The notes beneath the pieces were generated by a model. The model ran no database searches. It was not told the DNA's origin and saw only the letters and a program-made list of their open reading frames with translations. From positions 1 to 45,778 of IMG/VR virus record IMGVR_UViG_3300044648_000086: a stretch of DNA of 45,778 bases; one strand, given 5' to 3'. How positions within the stretch are numbered: position 1 is the first letter of the stretch; every line of letters begins with the position of its first letter. Origin of the DNA: a virus. Lineage: Duplodnaviria; Caudoviricetes. The translations under genes were made by a program, and so were the position numbers. Shown here piece by piece: positions 16,748 through 25,725 of this stretch.

Positions 16748-18524
16748 CGGGGACCAGGGGCGCGGCACGGCGCGAGCGCCCGAGCAGGTAGGTGTTGCGG
16801 ATGTTCTCTTCCGTCGGCTCGTACTGCGGCAGCGGGTTGGCGCGGTACTTGTCGCGTAGCGCCTCCACGATCTGCGCGCGCTCGGACGTCGGCACGGCGA
16901 CGCGGGCCTTTTGCTGCGGCGTCAGCGTCAGCACCGGCACCTCGGTGTCGGACCAGAAGCCCTTGACCTTCACGGTGCGGGCCATTTCGTCGCGCATCAT
17001 GTTCAGCTTCTCGTCGCGGGTGAGCGTGCGCTTGCCGCCTTGCTGGGCCGCCGAGATCATCTGCTCGACGCGGTACTTGACCTCGCCCAGCAGCGCCTTG
17101 TCGTCTTCGGACTGGTTCGACTTGTCGACCGGCAGCCCGAGCTGTCGCCCGACATGGTTGAAGTCCTCCTGATCCATGCGGGCCTCGGCGATCTTGCCGG
17201 GGTGCGCGGCCAGCTGGCGCTTCTGCTGCATCAGGTGCGTGGTCAGCTCGTTGCCCAGGGACGGCAGCAGGTTCAGCACCTGGTTCTCCGTCATGCCGTT
17301 GAGCGTGTCGGGGTTCGAGTACACGAGGTACGCCGCGGTGCCCTCGCGCCCGAGGCGCCGCTCGCGGCGGGATTCCTCGGCGTCCGCGCGCGCCGACTCC
17401 GACGCGGCGCGGCTTGCGCGCGCGGCCTCCAGCTGCTCGGCGCGCACCGCCCGGTTGTCCAGGAAGTCCGACAGCTTGCGCGCGGCCTCCGGCGACAGGG
17501 ACAGGAAGGCCGGCATGCCGCGGATCTGGCGCGGGCTGGCGCCGTCGAGGATGGCCTTGTTGACGGACGCCTCCAGCTGCTCGTCGCGCTCGCGCCGGCC
17601 GTCTTTGAAGGCGGTGGTGCGCTCGCGCAGCCCGGCGATGCCGGCCTTGAGCGCTTCCTCTTTGCCGGCCAGTTGCTTGCGCAGGGCCTGCTCCATGACG
17701 TCCAGGCTGACCGCGTCGCGGTCCGACTTCGGCCCGAGCGTCTGCCAAACCGCGTCGGCGGTGCTGTCGCCCACGCGGGCGGCCGTCGCCCGGGCGGCGA
17801 ACGCGCCGACTTCGGCGTGCTGGCTGCCCTCGATCTCGCTCTTGTTCGCCGCGAAGTAGGCTTCGGCCAGCGCCGGGTCGTCGCGCACCAGGCCCTGCAG
17901 CACCTGCTTGTGGAAGCTGGTCAGGTACTCCGTGCGCTTCGCATCGGCCACCTCCGGCGCCCAGCCGTTGACGTTCGCGCGCATCGCGTTTCGCTTGAGG
18001 ATGTCGTCCTTGGCGGCGGTCAGCACCGCGGCGTCCAGCGGGTTGGCCGCGGCCAGGTTGATCGACCCGACGATTGAAGCCTGCGCGGACTCGTCGAGCG
18101 ACGCGCGGCGCTGCGCCGCCTCGTGGCCGGAGAACGCGCCCACGCTCAGCGCGCGGTGCTTGGACACCTCGCGCTCGAAAATCATCTTCTGGCGGGGGTT
18201 CGACAGGCTCTCGCTGATCCGCGACGCTTCCTTGTCCCACCACTGGCCGGCTTCCTTGGCCACGCCCCAGGCCTGCTGGCCCTTGCGCTGCTTGGCCTCG
18301 CCTTCCCACTCCAGGTACTTGCCCTTGAGCTCGGTCTCGGCGCGCATCAGGGTGTCGGCGTCCTCGCGTTCCTGCAGCTGGACGCCCACGTCCATCATCA
18401 TCTTGCCGGCCTGCTCGGCGCGGGGGTCCTGCAGCATGGCAGGCGACACGCTGCTGCGCTGGAACGGGGAATTGAGCGGTCGGTCCTCGACGCTCGGGCC
18501 GTTGACGGTAGGAACGCGCGGCAT
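16737..18524 (-). CDS. Internal virion protein (T7 gp15 position)
   Basis: MPRVPT N-terminus; helical composition; synteny. Confidence 0.75.
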   Translation of the reverse strand: MPRVPTVNGPSVEDRPLNSPFQRSSVSPAMLQDPRAEQAGKMMMDVGVQLQEREDADTLMRAETELKGKYLEWEGEAKQRKGQQAWGVAKEAGQWWDKEASRISESLSNPRQKMIFEREVSKHRALSVGAFSGHEAAQRRASLDESAQASIVGSINLAAANPLDAAVLTAAKDDILKRNAMRANVNGWAPEVADAKRTEYLTSFHKQVLQGLVRDDPALAEAYFAANKSEIEGSQHAEVGAFAARATAARVGDSTADAVWQTLGPKSDRDAVSLDVMEQALRKQLAGKEEALKAGIAGLRERTTAFKDGRRERDEQLEASVNKAILDGASPRQIRGMPAFLSLSPEAARKLSDFLDNRAVRAEQLEAARASRAASESARADAEESRRERRLGREGTAAYLVYSNPDTLNGMTENQVLNLLPSLGNELTTHLMQQKRQLAAHPGKIAEARMDQEDFNHVGRQLGLPVDKSNQSEDDKALLGEVKYRVEQMISAAQQGGKRTLTRDEKLNMMRDEMARTVKVKGFWSDTEVPVLTLTPQQKARVAVPTSERAQIVEALRDKYRANPLPQYEPTEENIRNTYLLGRSRRAAPLVPDVR

Positions 18525-19093
18525 CAGGACACCCCCATCCGGCGGCGGTCGCCCTGGCTCATGCCGTCGCCGCTGCGTGTGACGCTGCTGGGCGTGTACC
18601 AGTTGCTGGCCACCTTGCCGGCCGACGTCAGCAGGGACATGCCGCCGGCCATCAGCGGGTTCTCGCTGTCGGCGCGCGACTTCAACAGCGACGCCTCCGA
18701 ATTGAAGTTCGCCGCCTGCTGGCGAATCGCCCACGCCTCGCGCGCGGCGTTGTCCGTGATCGTGGTGGCGTCGACGTCACCGAAGTAGTCGGTGTCGCTC
18801 AAGAGCTGCAGGGCAGATCCCTCACCCAGATCGACACCCTTGGCCGCCAGGCTGGCGCGCTGGTTGCCCTTGAGCTGGTTCGTGCGCATGCGCGCGGTTG
18901 ACGCCGAGCGCACGCCGCGGCGCAGGGCGTCCTCGGCCTGCCAGCCGGCGATCTGCGCGTTGTTGCGATTGACCTGTGCCTGCTGCTCGTAGGCCTGTTT
19001 CGTCGCCTTCGAGTTCGAATAGGCGCCGTACGCCTGCATGCCGGCGCCGGCCCCCTGCATCAGCAGGGGAATCGCGGCGGTTTCAATTCCCAT
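18524..19093 (-). CDS. Internal virion protein (T7 gp14 position)
   Basis: Gly/Ala-rich ends; QRASLAAKGVDLGEGSA; synteny. Confidence 0.78.
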   Translation of the reverse strand: MGIETAAIPLLMQGAGAGMQAYGAYSNSKATKQAYEQQAQVNRNNAQIAGWQAEDALRRGVRSASTARMRTNQLKGNQRASLAAKGVDLGEGSALQLLSDTDYFGDVDATTITDNAAREAWAIRQQAANFNSEASLLKSRADSENPLMAGGMSLLTSAGKVASNWYTPSSVTRSGDGMSQGDRRRMGVS

Positions 19094-19562
19094 GATGGTT
19101 CAGCGCCTTGGTCACGGTGTAGCCGCTGAGTGTGTATCCGAGCCTTTCGTAAGCGCGTACGGTGCGCTCCGCATGCACTTCGGTGCTGACGCCCACGGCG
19201 ATGTCGGTGACGCCGCGCTCCGCGGCCCACTGCTCGACGGCTCGCACCAGCCTGAAAAAGCTGCTGCCGCCGCGGTGCTCCGGCTTCACGTAGACCGTCA
19301 GGTCGGTGACATAGAGCTCGTCGCAGAACCACCGTTCGGCCATCACCGCCACGAACATGCCGACCGGCTCGCCCGCGCTCTCCGCGACGAAGACCGCCGA
19401 CAGGTCCGCGGCGGCAGGGTCGGCCAGGCGTTCGGCCAGCTGCCGCAGCTTTTCCGGCTTGAAGGCCATGTCGCGGTACCGCGGGCTTTCCGCGTGCAGT
19501 GCGGCGCCCATGGCGATCAGCGCTTCGGTGTCGGCGGGCGTCGCCCTGCGGATCTCAGCCAC
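19083..19562 (-). CDS. GNAT-family acetyltransferase (T7 gp13 position)
   Basis: IRRAT..D; VYVKPEHRGG; YERLGY. Confidence 0.85.
   Translation of the reverse strand: MAEIRRATPADTEALIAMGAALHAESPRYRDMAFKPEKLRQLAERLADPAAADLSAVFVAESAGEPVGMFVAVMAERWFCDELYVTDLTVYVKPEHRGGSSFFRLVRAVEQWAAERGVTDIAVGVSTEVHAERTVRAYERLGYTLSGYTVTKALNHHGN
19129..19161 (-). promoter_or_regulatory. Putative late promoter, variant (internal-protein genes)
   Basis: CGTACGCGCTT-N16-CACACT, inside the 3' end of the GNAT gene. Confidence 0.6.
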
Positions 19563-21837
19563 CGGCGGTGGTCTCCGTGGTCATGGACAGGATGGTCACC
19601 GGCAGCGGATTGGACTGCCGGATGCAGATCAGGCCGTCCTGCTGCCACTTCGGGTCGACGGAGATCTCGGCGTTGGCGGTGCGCAGCGCGGGAGGCGACC
19701 CGTAGTAGTCGTCGACGCTGCGGTGCCGGTACTCGCGCAGCTTGTCGAAAGCCGGGCCGGCCTGGATGCCCGCGCCGGACTGGTACAGCCGCAGCGTGAC
19801 CTTGCCCACGTTCTTATTCGCGCCCTGGCCGAACGCGGCCGCTTCCATCGACAGCGGCATGGTCGTGGCGTCGCAGTCGTACGGCAGGCCAATGTGCACC
19901 ACGCTGGCGGCGGCCGACAGGGTGATGGCGCCACCGGTCACGGTCTGCACCGGCTCGACGCCGCCGTCGGCCAGGATGGTGACTTCCTCGCCCTCGAGGT
20001 GGTGCAGGCCCGAGATCGTCGTGGCGGCCGAGCCGTCATAGGTGGCGCCGGCATCGACGAAGAACGCGTCTTCGATCGCGCTGATCTGCCGGCTGTGCAT
20101 GCGCTCGATGTACTGCACCGTCTGCGCGTTGATCGTGCGCTGCACGATCACGTAGACCGCGTCCTCGTCGCCCTCGGGGATGACGCAGACCGACTTGAAC
20201 AGGCCGTCGGTGGTGTGCTGGTGCCAGGCCTTCACCTCGTGCTCGGGCTGGTGCGTAAGGCCCAGCAGCGTGCCGTCGTCGCGCACCGCCCACAGCACTT
20301 GGTAGGGCGTCTTCGCGTAGGCGAGCTGCGTGACATTCTTGAAGTCGAACAGGTGCGGCGCCAGCACGGCCAGGTCGTCGGACTGGTAGGTCTGCGTTTC
20401 CCAGCGGTAGGTGATCTCGCGGATGTGCGAGCCGCGGTCGGGCGCGTACAGCACCGAACTGCTGGTCACCACCGGCGTGACCATAGAAGCGCCGACGTAG
20501 CCCTGGGGCTTGACCGACAGGTTCGAGGGGGTCAGCGCGTCGCCGCTGCCCGACGAGATCCGCCACACGCCGCCCGACGTCAGGGCCAGCAGGTCGTTCA
20601 GCGGCACCAGGTGCCGCACAGTGTTCGCTTCGCGCGCAACGATGCGCGCGGTAATCCCGTCGTCGTCCTGCCCGGGGATGGAATAGGTCAGGTTCGACTC
20701 GGTGCCCGAACGCGTCAGCCACAGGTTCTGCGGCAGGCCCGGGGTGCCGCCGAAGCAGCGGCGCTGCTCGAAGTAGCTGACTGCGCGGGGCCAATCCGCG
20801 CCGAACGGGGTTGACGCCTGGGGCGGCGTCTTCGACATGTCCGGCTCGATGTTGTTGTCGGTCAGCGTGCGCGTGATCGCGTCGGCCTGACCGATATAAC
20901 CGAACAGGCCGTTTTTCGCCTTGAAGACGTTGTACCGCACGGCGTTCGCGACCGCAGCCGACTGCACGGCCACCGTGTTGCCGGCCACGCTGAGGTCGAT
21001 GGTGGCGCCGCCGGTGGTCGACTGGAACGACTCTTCAAGGGTGCCCGCGGCCACCGCCGTGGTGCAGTACTCGTGCAGCACTGCAGTGCCGCCGCCGGGG
21101 CCTGCGGGCGTGCAGGTCGGCGCGCCGGGCGTGGCGATCGTCGGGTCGAAGTCGATGAGCGTCAGCGTCCAGTTCGTTGCGCCCAGGCGACGCAGCTCGT
21201 AGGGCGCGTAGTTCGGGTGCGTGATCGTCATCACGTCGGCCGACTGCACATAGTGCAGCTCGAACACGTCGGCCGCGTTGAACGGCGAGGCCAGCGTGTA
21301 GACCCGTGCTGCGATGCCGCCGGAGACCCACGCAGGCAGGCTCGCGGTGCTGATCGGGCTGCCCCACAAGTCGCTGAGGATGAACGTGTCCGCGGTCGCG
21401 CTGGTCACGATGCCCCACCGGCCATTGAGCGCGCTCGGCCCGTTGATGCCGTCGAGGAACACCCAATCGCCCGCGACATAGCCGTGCCCTGCGATCGTGA
21501 ACACGCCGGCCGCGGCCTGGGTGATGCCCGTGATGAACTGGCTGGCCTCCAGCAGCGTGCCACCCTGCGTGTGAAAACGCATGTAGCCCTGCCCCACTTC
21601 GAGCGCGTAGCTCTGCTCGGTGTTGTACGTGAAAGGGATCAGCACCGTGGGCGACGACAGGCCGGTTTTCAGCACGTACTCGAAGCCGGCGCGGTTCTCG
21701 ATCGGCCCCTGCGGCGTAACCACCCAGTTCAGGCACTGCGACAGGCCGGTCTGGAACTTGGCCAGGTCCAGGCGGCCGAAGAGCAGCGGCGCGATCTCGC
21801 CGCCGGCGAAGGATCGGGTGTAGCTTTTCGCGCTCAT
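19555..21837 (-). CDS. Tail tubular protein B / nozzle
   Basis: SFAGGEIAP...GR.D; QSADVM; FEQRR.FGG; AWHQH. Start re-set to ATG 21837. Confidence 0.88.
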   Translation of the reverse strand: MSAKSYTRSFAGGEIAPLLFGRLDLAKFQTGLSQCLNWVVTPQGPIENRAGFEYVLKTGLSSPTVLIPFTYNTEQSYALEVGQGYMRFHTQGGTLLEASQFITGITQAAAGVFTIAGHGYVAGDWVFLDGINGPSALNGRWGIVTSATADTFILSDLWGSPISTASLPAWVSGGIAARVYTLASPFNAADVFELHYVQSADVMTITHPNYAPYELRRLGATNWTLTLIDFDPTIATPGAPTCTPAGPGGGTAVLHEYCTTAVAAGTLEESFQSTTGGATIDLSVAGNTVAVQSAAVANAVRYNVFKAKNGLFGYIGQADAITRTLTDNNIEPDMSKTPPQASTPFGADWPRAVSYFEQRRCFGGTPGLPQNLWLTRSGTESNLTYSIPGQDDDGITARIVAREANTVRHLVPLNDLLALTSGGVWRISSGSGDALTPSNLSVKPQGYVGASMVTPVVTSSSVLYAPDRGSHIREITYRWETQTYQSDDLAVLAPHLFDFKNVTQLAYAKTPYQVLWAVRDDGTLLGLTHQPEHEVKAWHQHTTDGLFKSVCVIPEGDEDAVYVIVQRTINAQTVQYIERMHSRQISAIEDAFFVDAGATYDGSAATTISGLHHLEGEEVTILADGGVEPVQTVTGGAITLSAAASVVHIGLPYDCDATTMPLSMEAAAFGQGANKNVGKVTLRLYQSGAGIQAGPAFDKLREYRHRSVDDYYGSPPALRTANAEISVDPKWQQDGLICIRQSNPLPVTILSMTTETTAGG

Positions 21838-22511
21838 TCGCTGCGGTCGACGTAGCCCTCGGGCAGCACGACCGCACCGCGGCCGGCCAGGTGCCCTGGG
21901 CGGAAGTTCTGGTAGCCCGTGCGCTTGCCCACGTTCGCGTTCATGGCGGCGGCCTTGGCGAACTCGACTTCGAAGATTTTCAGCTGCATGCCGGCAGCCT
22001 TCGAGCCCTCCGCGCCCTTGATCACGGGCCCGGCCAAGTAGGAGGCCAGCAGCCGCGAAAGGCACGAAACGAAGAGTGGCGTGTACTTCGTGGTGTCGGT
22101 GATCAGGTCGATGTACCGCAGCACCGCGGTCTCGACGTTCGTGTAGAGCACGGCGGTGCCATCCTCGGCCGCCTCGACGATGTAGGGGAAGCCCTCGGCG
22201 TCGGTCGAATTGCTGAAGGCGCGCGCCGCCACGCCGGGGTACAGCGCCGTGAGCGGGCGCAGGCAGGTCGAAGGCAGCGCATAGGCGTAGGCCCAGTCGT
22301 CCTCGAACACGTTGTCGACTTCGCTCACGGCCACCCGCTTGGTGGCAAACGTCCAGGGGTGCATTTCCAGCAGCACGCCACGCGCGATCGGGTAGAAGCG
22401 CGACGCGTGCCCGGCCTGCGCGGTCCCGTCGGGCGGGTCGATCGCCTCAACTTCAGCCGCGTCGCCCAGGTGCGACAGCGCCAGGTTCACGATGTCGACT
22501 TCGCTGCTCAT
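21834..22511 (-). CDS. Tail tubular protein A / adaptor
   Basis: SEVDIVNLALSHLG...HPWTFA...YAYALP; RBS AAGGA. Confidence 0.85.
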   Translation of the reverse strand: MSSEVDIVNLALSHLGDAAEVEAIDPPDGTAQAGHASRFYPIARGVLLEMHPWTFATKRVAVSEVDNVFEDDWAYAYALPSTCLRPLTALYPGVAARAFSNSTDAEGFPYIVEAAEDGTAVLYTNVETAVLRYIDLITDTTKYTPLFVSCLSRLLASYLAGPVIKGAEGSKAAGMQLKIFEVEFAKAAAMNANVGKRTGYQNFRPGHLAGRGAVVLPEGYVDRSE

Positions 22512-22523
22512 GGTGGTCCTTGG

Positions 22524-22549
22524 AAAAAGGGCCGCACGAGGCGGCCCTT
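22524..22549 (-). terminator. Rho-independent terminator after the head genes
   Basis: AAGGGCCGC-CTCGT-GCGGCCCTTTTT on the - strand. Confidence 0.8.
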
Positions 22550-22570
22550 ACTGGTTGGCTGCGGGCCGGA

Positions 22571-22861
22571 TCAGGCCAGGGAGTCACCCGCCGGCGGCGT
22601 GGCGCCGCCGAGAACGCCGGCCTTGGCTGCCACGGCCGCTTGCGCGTCCTTGGGCTTCAGGTCGCCGTTCTTCGCTTCCGGCTTCTTCGCCACCGGCTGG
22701 CTCGAGGGCTGCGCCCACTTCGGCAGCTTGCGCGCCTTGCCGTCGGCCGTCTTGGCGCGGAACATGAACTTCGTGCCGGGCTCGACCATGCGGCCCATCG
22801 CGAAACCCCGTTCCACCGCCACCAGCTCGATGACGTCGTCGACTTTCTTTTCGTCAGCCAT
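22571..22861 (-). CDS. Hypothetical head-module protein
   Basis: Fills the gap between the cement gene and the terminator. Confidence 0.7.
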   Translation of the reverse strand: MADEKKVDDVIELVAVERGFAMGRMVEPGTKFMFRAKTADGKARKLPKWAQPSSQPVAKKPEAKNGDLKPKDAQAAVAAKAGVLGGATPPAGDSLA

Positions 22862-22873
22862 GCAGCACCTGCC

Positions 22874-23338
22874 TTAGGCGACGTTGTCGGCGTACGCGCG
22901 GTAGATCGCCGGGTCGGCGGTCAGGAACGCGTTGATCTTGCCGGCGGTGAACGCGGCCACGGCGGTGGTCTGCACCACGCCCAGGTAGCGCTCGTAGGAG
23001 CCGCGGGGCACCTTCACGCAGGCCAGGATCGTGCCGGCCGCCATCTGCGCGATAGTGAACGCCGAGGTGCGGAAGTGCTCCGTCTGCGTGCCGTCCACGG
23101 CGATGGCGGCCTGGGCGTCGGACGCCAGGCTGAATGCCGCAGTGGCGGCGCCGGCGGACGTCGGCAGCGTGTCGACCTGGATCACCAGGTACAGCTCGCT
23201 GCCCTCGATGTCCACGGTGGTGTTCGGCGCGGTAGTCGGGCCCTTCAGGTCCACCACGTCGCCGACCAGGTAGGAGCCGGCCGCGCCGGTGTTCAGCGCG
23301 GTCGCGTCCGCGAATTCGAGGCGTTCGTCGAGGATCAT
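22874..23338 (-). CDS. Capsid cement/decoration protein (BPP-1 Bbp16-like)
   Basis: MILDERLEF...ERYLGV...TAGKINAFLT; directly after the major capsid gene. Confidence 0.85.
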   Translation of the reverse strand: MILDERLEFADATALNTGAAGSYLVGDVVDLKGPTTAPNTTVDIEGSELYLVIQVDTLPTSAGAATAAFSLASDAQAAIAVDGTQTEHFRTSAFTIAQMAAGTILACVKVPRGSYERYLGVVQTTAVAAFTAGKINAFLTADPAIYRAYADNVA

Positions 23339-23357
23339 TTTGCTGTTCCTTTCTGGC

Positions 23358-24356
23358 TTAGATGCCGGACTCGGTCGACAGCAGCTGGTCGACGCGACGG
23401 ATGGGGACGCCGCGGAAGCGGGTCACGAACTTGCCCTGCGCCTCTTCCTGCGTCTTGAACTGCAGCAGCGGGTCGCGGTTCATCTGCAGGTCGAACGCAT
23501 CGAGCATGTCGCGGTTCATGTAGATCGCCGGGCGACCCATGTTCAGGTTCGGGATGCGGCGCATCGCCTTGGCCAGCAGGTCGCGCAGCACCGGGCCGGT
23601 GGCGCCGGAGGCGACGATGTCCTCCAGGTCCACGTTGATCCGGACCACGTAGCGCCAGTCGCGCACCACCATGCCGCAGTCCCACTTGTAGTGGGTGCGG
23701 TAGGCTTCCATGCGGCCGCCGGAACCGTCGACGTTCTCGATGGTGACCGGGCCCTTGTCGGTGATCTTCAGGCCGGCCTGCGAGCCCTTCGGGTAGATCA
23801 TGTGGCAGGTGTTCGGACCCCACACGACCACCCAGATCGAGGCGTTGTCGCTGCCGTCCGGCGTGGCCGCCGACGTCAGGATGTTCTCGCCGTTGACCGC
23901 AGACTGGTCGTTGAAGCGCGGCGCCAGGCCGGTGAAGCCTTCCGGCTCGGTCGCCTCGTTGCCGTAGAAGGCGTAGCGGGCGACCTTCTGGCCGAAGCCT
24001 TCGACGATCGCGCGCTCTTCGCTCAGGCGCCAGGCGGCGCTGTTGCCGTTCAGGTCGGCCAGGGCCTTGTCGATCTCGGCGTAGTTCTCCAGCATGCCCA
24101 GGCCTTCGCGGACCTTGACGCTGGTGGACTTCGAGGGCTGCACGCCGCCGTACAGCTTGCGGAAGGTGGGCTCGGGGATGCCGGTGCGCACGCTGGTGGT
24201 GTGGCCGGTCAGCTCGTTGGCTTCGAGCCAGACCGCGTCGTCCAGGACCTCGTTGGTCTGGGCGAGCATTTCGATCACGTCGATGACGTTGCCGTTCTTG
24301 TCGAGCCGGCTGGTGAGATCCAGCAGGGTGGGATGCGTTGCTGCGAGGGTGCTCAT
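23358..24356 (-). CDS. Major capsid protein (BPP-1 Bbp17-like)
   Basis: EMLAQTNEVL; VRTGIP; FTGLAPRF; VRDWRYVVRI; FRGVPIRRVD. Confidence 0.92.
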   Translation of the reverse strand: MSTLAATHPTLLDLTSRLDKNGNVIDVIEMLAQTNEVLDDAVWLEANELTGHTTSVRTGIPEPTFRKLYGGVQPSKSTSVKVREGLGMLENYAEIDKALADLNGNSAAWRLSEERAIVEGFGQKVARYAFYGNEATEPEGFTGLAPRFNDQSAVNGENILTSAATPDGSDNASIWVVVWGPNTCHMIYPKGSQAGLKITDKGPVTIENVDGSGGRMEAYRTHYKWDCGMVVRDWRYVVRINVDLEDIVASGATGPVLRDLLAKAMRRIPNLNMGRPAIYMNRDMLDAFDLQMNRDPLLQFKTQEEAQGKFVTRFRGVPIRRVDQLLSTESGI

Positions 24357-24366
24357 TTGAGGCCTT

Positions 24367-25026
24367 TCAGGGGTTCATGTTGGAATTCACGTACATGCCG
24401 CGGGCGTCCGCGGATGCACCTTGCCGGCCGGGTACGAACCCGTCCTGGCTGATGGCTTGCCCGACGCGCAACCACGCGCGGAGCATTTCGGGGTGGTTGC
24501 CCAATTTCGTCGAGTCGAGGAAGGCCTTGAATTCGGGGGTGGCGAATTTCTCCAGCGCGGTCTTGGCAACGGCCAGGTTCTCGGCCAGCTTGTCGCCGCC
24601 GATCTCCTTGTCCGCCTTCACCTCGCTGGCCCAGGTTTCGCCCTGCGCGTCGAGCGCGGCCTGCATCTGCCGGGCGGTGCCCAGCTGCATGTCGGCTGCC
24701 ATGTCCATGGCGGCCTGCGCGGCTTCCTGCGTCAGGTTGTTGGCCTTCGCCCACTCGGTGAACTTCCCCACGCGCGCCTCGTCGACCGTGACACCTTCGG
24801 GCAGCGTGAACGCTGCGTAGGTCTCGGGTGCGACCGGTGCGGCGACAGGTGCTGCCGTCGGTGCCGGTGCAGCAGCGGGGGCCGCGGTCGGGGCGGGAGC
24901 AGCAGTCGGCGCCGGTGCGGCCGCGGCGGGAGCTGCAGCTGCGGGGGCCGGTGCAGCGGCAGGCGCTGCCGTCGCCGGGTCAGGCGTCGGGCTTGCTGCT
25001 GGTGCTGCGGTCGTTGCGTCGCTCAT
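24367..25026 (-). CDS. Capsid scaffolding/assembly protein
   Basis: Pro/Ala-rich N-terminus; LTQEAAQ; LGNHPE...ISQD; upstream of the capsid gene. Confidence 0.8.
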   Translation of the reverse strand: MSDATTAAPAASPTPDPATAAPAAAPAPAAAAPAAAAPAPTAAPAPTAAPAAAPAPTAAPVAAPVAPETYAAFTLPEGVTVDEARVGKFTEWAKANNLTQEAAQAAMDMAADMQLGTARQMQAALDAQGETWASEVKADKEIGGDKLAENLAVAKTALEKFATPEFKAFLDSTKLGNHPEMLRAWLRVGQAISQDGFVPGRQGASADARGMYVNSNMNP

Positions 25027-25318
25027 TGGTTCGGGCTTCCTTTTGCATTTCGAACAGGCGGTCCGGGCAGTGCCTGGTGATCTGGGCCAGCAGCTTCAGT
25101 CCCTGGTTGCGCTTGCCCTCGTTGAACGCGGAGGACAGCGCTTCACCGGTGAACGTGAGCTGGTAGACACCTGCTTCACTCAGCTGGCGCCACACGAAGC
25201 GGCGCCCCCTTTTGTCACCCATCAGCCAGCACAGGTCGTCGATCTCGGTTTGCGCCGTCAGTTGGGCCTTCACGGCTTTCTCGGCGGCGGCCTGGGGCTC
25301 GCGGTCTGCATCTGACAC
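24980..25318 (-). CDS. Bbp19-like head-module protein
   Basis: DLCWLM...GRRFVW...AFNEGKRNQGL. GTG start 6 nt after a -10-like hexamer. Confidence 0.8.
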   Translation of the reverse strand: MSDADREPQAAAEKAVKAQLTAQTEIDDLCWLMGDKRGRRFVWRQLSEAGVYQLTFTGEALSSAFNEGKRNQGLKLLAQITRHCPDRLFEMQKEARTNERRNDRSTSSKPDA

Positions 25319-25324
25319 GGGGGC

Positions 25325-25357
25325 AGTGTCTCGGCGGTTGCGCGTTTCGCGCGTACG
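25325..25357 (-). promoter_or_regulatory. Putative late promoter (leaderless, head operon)
   Basis: CGTACGCGCGA-N16-GACACT-N6-GTG. Confidence 0.7.
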
Positions 25358-25385
25358 GTTACGTGCAGTACCGTGGTTCGTACGT

Positions 25386-25416
25386 GCAGGAACGAGAAAC
25401 GCGCCCGAAGGCGCGT
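25386..25416 (-). terminator. Terminator-like hairpin, copy A of a 31-bp direct repeat
   Basis: ACGCGCC-TTCG-GGCGCGT-TTCTCGTTCCTGC; identical to 25539-25569. Confidence 0.7.
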
Positions 25417-25492
25417 TTGCGGGAGACACAGCGGGGTGCGTTTACATGATGGTCCTTGCGGGTTTGACGAGGGGGAGTCGGCAACGTCCGAA
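25392..25492 (-). ncRNA. Candidate ~100-nt small RNA with an RBS-ATG-TAA start-stop
   Basis: Bounded by the promoter motif (25499-25531) and a terminator hairpin; contains AAGGACCATC-ATG-TAA. Confidence 0.45.
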
Positions 25493-25498
25493 AACCAC

Positions 25499-25531
25499 AA
25501 TTTGCACTCCCCGCGCGCTATCGCGCGTACG
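25499..25531 (-). promoter_or_regulatory. Putative late promoter driving the candidate sRNA
   Basis: CGTACGCGCGA-N16-CAAATT. Confidence 0.62.
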
Positions 25532-25538
25532 GGTGCGA

Positions 25539-25569
25539 GCAGGAACGAGAAACGCGCCCGAAGGCGCGT
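25539..25569 (-). terminator. Terminator-like hairpin, copy B of the 31-bp direct repeat
   Basis: Identical to 25386-25416; C(UUCG)G tetraloop. Confidence 0.7.
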
Positions 25570-25584
25570 CCCTGTTCTGCCGTT

Positions 25585-25676
25585 ACCTACCTTGCCGCTT
25601 CCAATTTCAGGCCTCGCGGTGTTCGCATGTCTGGCCCCGTCAAGTCCAGCGGGAGGGCCAAGGGAGCGAGGTAGGT
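25585..25676. ncRNA. Candidate structured RNA downstream of the portal gene
   Basis: Nested pairings ACCTACCT/AGGTAGGT, CGCTTCC/GGGAGCG and GGCCTC/GAGGGCC close two small hairpins. Confidence 0.4.
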
Positions 25677-25725
25677 CTTTGTACGTCCTGGCTTAGGTGA
25701 CGTTGGAGGTGAGGCCCCCGCGAAA

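Noticed and set aside
19083-19562. Acetyltransferase inside the tail module as a novelty
   Set aside because: A GNAT-fold gene at this position is usual in T7-like tail/ejection modules.
24830-25010. Repetitive GC-rich tract
   Set aside because: Explained by the Pro/Ala low-complexity N-terminus of the scaffold protein.
25386-25569. CRISPR mini-array from two 31-bp palindromic repeats
   Set aside because: Only two copies, 122 bp apart, shaped like UUCG terminators; no cas operon (DUF2800 is a normal phage nuclease).
25600-25700. HDV-like ribozyme suggested by CCTCCCGCTGG on the - strand
   Set aside because: Could not build P1, P2 and P3 in the required order.
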